NCBI RefSeq assembly: GCF_036321535.1
Contig: NC_087437.1
Location: 52,702,001-52,766,000 of the forward strand
Length of the DNA: 64,000 nt
Reading direction: 5' to 3'
Origin: Camelus dromedarius
Taxonomy: Eukaryota
In this document: positions 11,890 to 20,679 of the stretch, in pieces
Position numbering within the stretch: position 1 is the stretch's first letter
How the letters are laid out: every line of letters begins with the position of its first letter
The notes under the pieces: generated by a model
Told to the model about the DNA's origin: nothing
Databases searched by the model: none
The model's input: the letters and a program-made list of their open reading frames with translations, nothing else
Program-made: the position numbers and the translations under genes

Positions 11890-13974
11890 ACAGCTGCCTC
11901 CTCCCAGGAGTCTGAGCTCAGTACACAATACCAGTCATTAGCTATCTCTCCCTTAGCCTGCAGTACCAGTAACTAATTTCTGCATTTTAAACTAATAAAG
12001 GAAAGGAAAAAAAGATTAAAACCATCCAATCAGAAATGATGCAACCCTCTACAGCAGCAGCTTATGCATACATTTGGTATGTCAGACGTCTTCAGTGTAG
12101 TGAATCATGCACAGCGCATTTTAATCTACCTCCTAGGTATTTCATATCGCCCACAATGTTCAAAGAAATCATGTACTAATAGGGCTGTATAGGTTCTAGA
12201 TTGCTTCTATTTAATTAATGCTAAAAATTTAGGACAAGTTTTCAATTCTGAGCTCTTATATAAACATAACAAAATTATTTAAATGACATTCCAGCTAAAA
12301 GCAAATAACCTCTACATTTTGAAAGAAAAAAGTTTAAAAGTAGTTTATTTGTGAGAAGTTTCAGATGTTAATAACTTTAGATAAACTAGTATTTCACTTA
12401 CATTGCAATATTAAATAACATACTTAGCAACATGAAATGAGACACCAACTAACCAAAGTTAAAATTCTACTGATTTTTACTAATTATAATCCAAAAAGAA
12501 CTCAAAACAGCTACATAGCCAACCGAATTAGATATTTATAGAAACACAGCCCATCAAATATTTTGAGTGGTTCTTCAGAACCCTGTTCAATATATTCATC
12601 AAATATTCAAGTGTTATAAGGTAATAATTTTAACCTACAATAAATACTTAATATATCAGAAAGATTCAACTTAGATTTCTCAAGCCAAAAAAAATTTTTT
12701 ATAATATAAAATTTAAAATACTTAATTGAAAAACCAATCAGTTACACTTTACATCTTTTCCTAGAGAGAACTAGCTTAGTATTACACATGAAACTGCAAA
12801 TCATTACTTTTACCTCTTTTTTTAAAGGTATTAAGTAGTTTTCTGATATGCCACAGAATCATTGGCAAACAAAAGATATTCTGTTGCTTAGTTAAAACAT
12901 ATCTGGAAATGTGCATACATTTTTAAAAACCCCTTTAACAAAACATCTATGTATTTATGAAATTAGGATAGTTTGTTTTAAAATCTATTCAATCCTGGCA
13001 AAAATCAAGCAAATGGTTACATTACTGAGTATCACAAATTGTAAAGGTGGTAAGTCAAGCTCCTTCACTTAGTCTCCAATTCAGCTACTTAATGACTAAT
13101 GGTGAAGAAATGTATGTGAATGGGATATAAACTAAATTACGACACATAGGAGAAAAAAAATCTAGAATGAGTAATAAAGGGCCCAAATTTAAAGTCCACA
13201 ATAAACTTTAAACAAAGATGTTCTCCCTCATTCTCTCCTCATAGACATTCTCATGTAAGCAAATCACTGTGGAGAAATCCAACCTCCACAAAACTTTTTA
13301 CTCCTTCATTAACAACAGTGCACTTAAACATAATTATAGATTTCACAGTGATATTTGTTTAGCCTCAAACATATCTTAAAAGCAACAACAACAACACAAC
13401 GCTCAGAAGCAATATTCAGTAGTCTCAGTGACTAAAAAAAGTCTGGCTTTTAACTGCCATCCAATCCAAACAACCTACTTGTTTAAAGTGCTATGCAAAA
13501 TATCGACCCCTTACTGAATTATTTTATTATTCAACATTAACCCATCTAAAAAAGAAAACTAATTAATCGCGAAGTTTAGTTAAGCAATTTAGCTGACACA
13601 GTAAATATTTACTCTTAACATCTCACAGGAAGTCTTGACAAGCATTTGTTGCCATTGTGCTGGGGGTAGGGGTGGGGGTAGGGGTGTGGGGGAGGCAAGT
13701 TTTCATAAACAAGTTAAACGGTCCCAGCGAATTTAACACAGCTAGTGATCGCCACCCCCAACCCCCAATAAGGCACCAGATATTTTCCAAGTACAGTAAA
13801 CACCTTATATAATGAAAGTAAAAAATGTAACTTTCTAAACTATTTCATCTCCACTAACAAAACAAACAAAAGCCTTTTTTTAAAAAACTATAAAAGCACA
13901 TTTTTAAAAACTGAGTGTATTTTTGTATTTATACGTAAGCCCAATCACAAAATAACTAAGCAAAATATATTTAC

Positions 13975-14035
13975 CTGAGCTTTTTAGAGACTGAGTAATC
14001 AACTTCCATGATTTTCCCATGCAATTCCACTTTAC
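13975..14035 (-). CDS. IGF2BP2: IGF2BP2 coding exon 2 (61 nt), end of RRM1
   Basis: Acceptor ...atttctgttttaaAG|GTAAAGTGG and donor CAG|GTAAAT. In frame with exon 1 it reads (G)[19 protein letters not shown](R) and ends in phase 2. Confidence 0.97.
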
Positions 14036-15596
14036 CTTTAAAACAGAAATTAAAGCACTCAGAACCTTCCCGAGATCAAACGGGCGGGGGTCTAGGAGGG
14101 GCACGCACAGAACTCCACGCTCCGACTCCGCCTTCGGGCGCCCTCAAGGGGTCTCCTACCCGGTTCAAGCTGGGCAAACTTGGTTCCCAGTGGGAAGAAA
14201 GGTGGGCGCCCCGTGTCCTGGGACGAGGTGTTAAGGGTGCGAGCCCCGATCCCGACCCCAGGTATGGCTGTGGGTGGCATTACCGGAAAAACAAATTTAA
14301 TAAAGAGCGGCGCCAATTTGAAAGGATGAGCTCATTTGAAACTCAAGCTGCAGGGCTGGCGCGGCCCCCCTCTTCTCTCAGCCCCCACCTCTCCATTCCG
14401 CTAACCCGGGCCCCAAAGGCTCCACTGTGCTCCCCTCCTTGCCCTCTCCTCCGGGTTGCCCCGAAGAAACGCGCCGAAGCCCCCCGGGGTCCGTTTCTGC
14501 GAGAGCCCGGTCCCTGCCGGCTTCTGGTCACCTTGGCCTCTCCGCCGCCCCGCCCCCACCCCGCGCGCCAGTGGGGAAGGGGCTGTGGCCCGTCGGAGGT
14601 TCTGGGGGCGCCGGCTCGTGGCCTGGGGGCGAGCGCGACTCCGAGCGGTGCGTGTGCGAGAGGGAGAGTTGGTGAGTGCGCGCGCGCGCGAGTGTGTGTG
14701 TGTCGCTCTCCGTCTCCCGTCTGGGCTCCAGCGCTCTCGCGGGCCCCCCGGTCGCCTCTTTCTCGGTTCTCAGCCCGGGCCCCCACCGAGTTGAGACAGG
14801 GTACCTCGTAAAAAGGTGCTTCTGGCCGAGCGGGAGGCGGGGGCACAGGCGGCGGAAAGCCCCCAGCTCCGAGTTCCTCTCAATAAAATCGGACAAAAAA
14901 TTCAGAGAAAAATAGGAGCGCTTGAGAGACGAGCGAGAGGAGACTGAGGTTCGGGAGAGGACCGAGAGAGATGTGCCGTCGTGCAGGGGCTGGGGTTAGG
15001 GGAGCCCTGAAATCTCGGAAAGGATCATCGGGGTGACACCGAGGGGGTGCGAAAAGTGGGGGACCCCGGGGCGAGCTGGGGAGGGGGCTCGAAAAAAGAG
15101 TGCGGTTCAAGGGACGCCACAGGGCGAGAGGTCCTGGGCACGAGGCACGGGAAGGGGTAAGGTCCGGTCAAGGGAGGAGAAGCAGGATTGGGGGGGTCCC
15201 CTGACAAAGGGGGTGACAAGAAGGTCAGAGAAGAAGGGGTGACGGGGGCTCTCTAAGGATGGGGGTGGGGGAACTCTGGAGAGCAGCTCAGAGACCAGAG
15301 GAACGAATGGTGCCCCCAGAAAGACAGCGAGCCTCGGGGACCCTCGGAGCCGCACGGGGGTCGCCCCAGGGCTGCGGCTCGGAGGGCAAGGGGTGAGTCC
15401 GGAGCTGGGGGGGAGGGGAGCGGGCCGTCCCAGAAGCGGGCCGGCGGTGAGAGTTGAAGGTCTGGTGCGTGGAAGTGAGCGTGCGGGCGCCGGAGCCCCC
15501 GCCGGGCGCCGCCCGCAGGGCTCGGCCTCCCTCCGGGCGCCGTCCCGGCCTGAGCTGGGCGAGGCGAGGGGGAGGGGGACAGCGCCGACTGCTCAC
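14036..15596 (-). other. IGF2BP2: IGF2BP2 intron 1 (1561 nt, GC-rich)
   Basis: GT...AG boundaries between exons 1 and 2. Confidence 0.95.
14854..14915 (-). promoter_or_regulatory. NF-kB site plus adjacent AT-rich (HMGA2-type) element in intron 1
   Basis: GGGGCTTTCC on the minus strand (14863-14854) fits GGGRNYYYCC exactly. It lies ~17 nt from the A/T tracts caataaaatcggacaaaaaattcagagaaaaata inside the CpG island. Confidence 0.7.
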
Positions 15597-15774
15597 CCGA
15601 GAGGGTCTCGATGGCGCGGATGGCCCAGTTCTGGTCGGGGTAGTCCACGAAGGCGTAGCCGGACTTGAGCAGGACCTGTCCCGCCAGGGGCAGCTTCCTG
15701 TCCCCGAAGAGCTGCCGGAGGTCGTCGGCGGTGACGGCAGGACTCAGGTTCCCGATGTAAAGCTTGTTCATCAT
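15597..15774 (-). CDS. IGF2BP2: IGF2BP2 (IMP2) coding exon 1, N-terminal part of RRM1
   Basis: Translates [59 protein letters not shown](G), the IGF2BP2 N-terminus with RNP2 (LYIGNL) and RNP1 (KSGYAFVDY). It is 178 nt from the ATG at 15774 and ends at a canonical donor CGG|GTGAGC (phase 1). Confidence 0.98.
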
Positions 15775-16162
15775 CCGTCTCTTCCCCGAGAGCCCGCGGC
15801 TCCCCCGGCCCGGTACCCGGCGCTCCTCGCCTCCTCCGCTGCCCTCTTCTCCCCTCCTCCTCCTCCGCCCCCCCTCCCCGCCCTCCGCCCGCCCGCCACC
15901 CACCCCCACCCTCAGCCTGGCTCCCCCCACCGCAGCCGGCCCGGCCCGCCCGGGGGCAGAGGCGGAGGCGGGGACTCGGCGCGGCTGCCTCCTCGGGGCA
16001 GAGTCCCGGGCCGGGCGGCGGCGCGCGGACAAAGCGCTCTCTCTGCCTCCCTCTCTCTCCCTCTCAAGGCGGTGGCGGGAGGAGGAGCAGCGGCGGGCGG
16101 CGGCAGCGCACCCCGCGTGTGTCTGTGTGAGAGTTTGTACGGGCGTGTGCGCAGCTGAGAGT
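15775..16162 (-). other. IGF2BP2: Probable 5' UTR of IGF2BP2 exon 1 (upper bound uncertain)
   Basis: GC-rich sequence with no AUG seen, directly upstream of the ATG. Confidence 0.5.
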
Positions 16163-16290
16163 GAGCGAGCGAGCGCCCCCTCCCCGCCCCGCGCTCCTGC
16201 GCCCCTCGCCTCGCGCCCCCCACGCTCCGAGCGCTCCGTGCGGCTACCCAGGCTTCTGCCCCGCGCCGGGCGGGCGGAAGCGGGTTGCGG
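16155..16290 (-). promoter_or_regulatory. IGF2BP2: Candidate TATA-less core promoter (Inr plus Sp/KLF GC box)
   Basis: Minus-strand TCACTCT (YYANWYY, A at 16162) with a GGGGCGGGG box about 20-30 nt upstream (16182-16190). The TSS position is inference only. Confidence 0.4.
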
Positions 16291-17569
16291 CCCCGGGCTG
16301 GGGCTCCCGAGCTCCAGAACCCCGGGCAGTCGCGGCGCAGAGGCCGGGCGAGCGGCCGGGCGGGGAAGGCGCGCCCCAGGCGCGGGTGGGAGTGCGCGAG
16401 GGGGAGCGGCTGGCAGCCGCAGGCGTGGGAGGGCGAGGGGCTGTGGGAGAGCGTGGAAAGGGGTGTGCGCAAGGTGGACCGGATGTGAGGGCGCGGCTGC
16501 CGGTGCCGGCGGGAAGGTGTGTCTCGGAGGTGAGAAGCGAGGGCAAGCTGGGAGACCACAACTTTGGCGGCGAGTTGGCCGAGTCCGGCGTCCTGCGCGG
16601 TCCCGGGCGCAGCGCACGCTCCGAGACCCGCTCCCCGCCCCGCTCTCCGGGGCAACCGGTCGGCGCGTGTGGTCGAGGGAGCGCGGACGGGAGTCGGGAC
16701 GCTTGGGGCCGGTGACTGGCCGGGCCCTACCGGACCGTGTACCCCGGGGAAGTTGCTCCGGCCCTGGGCCTCAGTTTCCCGGCCCGTCAGAGGAGACGGA
16801 AGGCCAGAGAGGAGCCACGTCCCCTCCGCCCGCACCCTGTGCGCCCGGAACCCCACGACCGGCGGTAGCCTGACGTTGGCAGCTGCTCTCTATTCTGGGA
16901 AGTGCCGAGGGCTTCCCGAGCGGCCGCTGCGAAGCCAGGTGGCGGGTGGGGAGGCGAGCGGAGGGGGGCAGGGGCTGCGGCTGTGACGATCGACGCTTGC
17001 TGCTAGGCTGCGAGGCCGGGTTCAGTCCCCGAGCCGGGGTGGTGGGAGGCGAGGGTGGCTGGAAGCAGAGGCGCTCAGGCGGTGTAGGAGTTCCCCGAGC
17101 ACTGGGAAGGGCCCGGAGAGGAAAGAGGTCCTTCCAAGCGGAGGAAACAACGTGACCGACGGAAGAGGCAGGGTTGGGATGAGAACAGCCCCAGCCGAGG
17201 GGCTAGGGAAGGAGCCAGACAGGCTGAAGGCCGGTAGCGAGTTCCGGGGACCGTCTGGAAGTCTGGTGGTTAGAGCCTTGTCCTAGCCAGGAAATGAAAT
17301 TCTATAGGAAAGAAAAAAATTGGCAGGATTCAGAGACGAAGGGGCAGAAGAAGGTTCCAAGGTCTGGATTTCTGGGGGGCCTTAGGAGAGGTGATGGTTT
17401 GATCGGAGAAATGTGGATTTTTTTTTTTTCTTGAGGGTGTTGCAGGTCTCTTCGTAAAGCAGCCACAAATGTAGGGATGGCATAGGTTCTGGTCTCCTGA
17501 CTGGGTAATGAAGCACTGTCTTTTCCAAGCTCTCCTGTTGACAAAGTGGGCAGAGGGAGCGCGGCTTCT

Positions 17570-17885
17570 TAAAAAAAATACACGTTCCTAGGCCCCTTCC
17601 TTTGAAGACTGACTCTGTGAGCCTGGATTTTGCATTTTCCCTAAGTACTCCCAGGTGATTCTTGTCTGGGAAACACTGGCCAGTGGAAGGTGTTTCGGCC
17701 TAGAATTCAGACCTTCCTCCTCTGCCCCCAGCTGTGTGGTCTGGAATGTTCCAGCATCTCTGAGCCTAAGTTTCTTCACCTATAAAAAGAGGTTAAGGCA
17801 ACCAACTCTTGCAGGACTATTGTGAAGGCTACACGGATAACTGAGTAGAGTGTGGAGGCACAGTGGACACACACTCCATGCTTGT
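17570..17885 (+). mobile_element. MER5-like DNA element fragment followed by MIR
   Basis: gcattttccctaagtactcccaggtgattct (MER5-like), then ctctgagcctaagtttcttcacctataaaaagagg (MIR core). Confidence 0.65.
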
Positions 17886-19814
17886 TTCTTTCCCCCCAGA
17901 AACTCGAGCTTTAAAATACTTGCGGGGAAGGAGATCTCCCTAAATAATTAGTTGTCCAGAGGAGAAAATGTACTCATTCTCACCTACATATTTGCAGTAA
18001 TTTGGATTCTGGCTTTCACCTCAAATATTTACATATTCCCTCTTTTTAGAAGAGGAATTGGATTTTACTACTGCTGGAGTTGGGAATGTACTTTGCCATT
18101 ATTCCCCAAGCTAACAGATGATTTAGGGGTGGATGCTTCCCTACTAAAATGTAGTGAAGAATCACAAATGAAAACTACTGTGTGTGTGTGTAAACCTCAG
18201 CAGACTAGGAATTAATGATCTTCAGATTATTTACACAAATACCCCTAATTGGTATGGTCACCTTTGTATTATAGGCCAACATGTTTGCTTATTTTATTTT
18301 CAGTACTTCAAAGCTGCACATTCTAAAAGAGAAATGAGAGTGGCAGGCAGGGATAATTTGTCTCATTCTTCTCTGAAAGGTTAGTAAAACTTTTGTTGTA
18401 TAATATTTTCAGACATGTCAATTCCTAGGTCCTACTGCACACCTTTTAACATGGATTCTCTAATGGGCAGCAAACATCTAAAAATTCTTGGCAGAGGTGG
18501 CTTCTGGTGACCTCTTCTACCCTGTTTCACCAGGTCACTTGCAAACTTTTTTCCTGGAATGTAACTGCTCTTTGCTGTAATTTGTGTCTTCTGTCCTGCT
18601 GGTGGTTTGTAAACATGGTGCTGGAGGACGTGTGTCCACTACACCTCTGATTTGCAGCACCCACAGTTCCTTATCCTAGAAGGCAAAGTTGCTCTTTCAC
18701 ATGATAGAAAACAGCCTCCAAATGCAAAACCAGAAACCCAGAAGTCATTGCCACTGCCTGACAAAACTTTGTTTTCTACCTATTTTCTCCTGAGTTCCCC
18801 TTCTGCTTCCCTTCCCAGAGAGATGAAATGGATGGAGATTGATCTGGGCTGAAATGAAGCTTAAATAAGCAAAGATTTTATGAATGTTTCATTGAGGTCA
18901 GAAAGTTGGAGAAACTATTATATTAGGCATATTACTTTTAAAAACATATTAACCTTTTCCTCATGAATTTCAGCAGTACAGATCCTCATGATTTTCCAGT
19001 GATTCCTTTGGGCAGAATGGTGGTAAGATGGCTGGGACAAGATTTCTTAATGTCACTTCGCAGGTAGGAAAACTGAGGTGCAGAAGAGTAGACCTTTTTC
19101 ATGGCCATACAGAGGGCTTGAAACACAATTGGCAAATACAGGTTAGTCTGACAAAGAGCCCATAAAGTATTAAGGCCTCATCTTAACTTTCATTACGAAA
19201 ATATTTCTGTCCATGGACAGAACACCTTCTGATAGCATCACTGTGGTAGAACCTTTAGAATCAAAAAAAAAAAAAAAAAAAAAAACCATAGTGGAAATGT
19301 TTTTGCTCATCAGTAATAGTGGTCATTATGGGCCAGTGATTCTAGATATTGCAAGGAGTTGGGAGGGAAAATGAAGCCTATTTGTTGGAAAGTTGGGAGG
19401 AAAGACAATGTCTGGAGGCAATTCAGTATTTGATAATACAGTATTTGGTGGTGTCAGCACCTACCTGCTTGTTGGGGATGATTTGATGGTGGGGTAACAT
19501 CGTCTAGATACTTCTGAGTTGGCAAAAGAAACAAATTGTCTGACCTTAGTTGAGTTAATTCACCTCTCTGAACTTCCCGATTCCTCATTTGTAAAATAGT
19601 CCAACCTACTTCCTCACCATAAACTCTAGCCCCCCCCACCCCCATCTCGTACTTTTTATATTTTCCAAATACTAGGCCATCTCAGAACTCTGCTCCTCTG
19701 TACATACTACCCCCTTTCCCTGGAATGCATTTCTTCCCTTAGAAAACTGCTTTCTCCTCGACCTGACCCCAGAGTACACAAAGCACTTCCTTTATACAGC
19801 TAAAAAAAATCTTG

Positions 19815-19925
19815 TTTAGTGGTGATAGTTGCATGACTCTGTGAATATACTAAAAACCCCTGAGGTGTACACTTTAAACATGGATTTTATGGTATGTGAA
19901 TTACATGTCAGTTTTTAAAAATTGT
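19815..19925 (+). mobile_element. L1 (L1MB/MC-like) extreme 3' end
   Basis: gtggtgatagttgcatgactctgtgaatatactaaaaacc...tgtacactttaaa...ttttatggtatgtgaatta. Confidence 0.8.
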
Positions 19926-19942
19926 GTGAGAAAAAAGTCTTA

Positions 19943-20087
19943 GTTTTTTGTTTTTGTTTTTTTTTTGGTGGGGATGGTAATTAGGTTTTTATTTAATTTA
20001 TTTATTTTATTGGAGGTACTGGGGATTGAACCCAGGACCTTGTTCATGCTAAGCACGCACTCTACCACTCAGCTCTATCCTCCGCCC
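19943..20087 (-). mobile_element. Vic-1-type camelid tRNA-derived SINE
   Basis: Minus strand: gggcggaggatagagctgagtggtagagtgcgtgcttagcatgaacaaggtcctgggttcaatccccagtacctcca, with A and B boxes, then an AT-rich linker, acctaattacc and an A tail. Confidence 0.85.
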
Positions 20088-20119
20088 TGAGAGAAGAAAA
20101 AAAAGTAGTCTTAATGAGA

Positions 20120-20650
20120 TCTTGTCTTTTTCATCCATTGGCCAGTATCAAACCTGGCACATAATAGGAGCTCAGGTAATACTTGTTGCATTAACAATTA
20201 CTATCTGAGGTTTGCTCTAAGGGTTAAGTGAAGATGTATGAAATGATACCTACCTTACATGGCACTTGACATGTAGCAGGAAGAAGTGTTCACTTTTCAC
20301 CCCTGTTGAATTCACTTATTTATTCATGGCATTACACAATATTAGGCACTAAGGAGAAAGAAATGGATAAACATTATCCTGCTAGAAGAGTTTATAATTG
20401 TGAGAGAGGTAGATGTATAAACAGATTATAGTTTGGCATTTGAGGTGCCACAAAAGACTTTGTGAGCATAGAGGAGGAGAGACCATCTCATTCAGGAAGG
20501 GGATCACCATGGAAGAACCGATGTTGGAAATGTGTTTTGAAAGATAAGTAGGGATTTTCTTGGATAGGAGAAGGAGTGGGAGAGAAAATGCATCCTAGGT
20601 AGAAGGACTAGCATATGCAAAGGCACAGAGGCACAGAAAAGAATCTGCTC
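20120..20650. mobile_element. L2/MIR fragments
   Basis: cctggcacataataggagctcagg (L2 tail), and a reverse L2 segment ...agcatatgcaaaggcacagagg. Confidence 0.6.
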
Positions 20651-20679
20651 CACACCTAAAATCAAATCCAAATGTTGAT

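Larger units (their letters stand above)
1..13974 (-). other. IGF2BP2: IGF2BP2 intron 2, 5' portion (continues beyond the window)
   Basis: Begins at the GTAAAT donor after exon 2. No exon 3 sequence (SRKIQIRNIPP...) was seen in the window, consistent with the known very large intron 2. Confidence 0.9.
14070..17260. promoter_or_regulatory. IGF2BP2: CpG island covering the IGF2BP2 promoter, exon 1 and intron 1
   Basis: Abrupt switch to very GC-rich, CpG-dense sequence compared with the AT-rich, CpG-depleted flanks. Multiple GC boxes are present. Confidence 0.95.

Noticed and set aside
13904..14104. 66-aa ORF across exon 2
   Set aside because: It reads exon 2 in the wrong frame and runs through both splice sites.
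15253..16617. 454-aa ORF taken as a single-exon protein
   Set aside because: Only 15774-15597 is IGF2BP2 coding sequence. The rest is leader and intron 1 read-through in stop-poor GC-rich DNA.
14008..17155. Many overlapping Pro/Arg/Gly/Ala-rich ORFs on both strands (e.g. 15764-16873 +, 14008-14811 +)
   Set aside because: Expected artefact of CpG-island composition; no recognisable domains.
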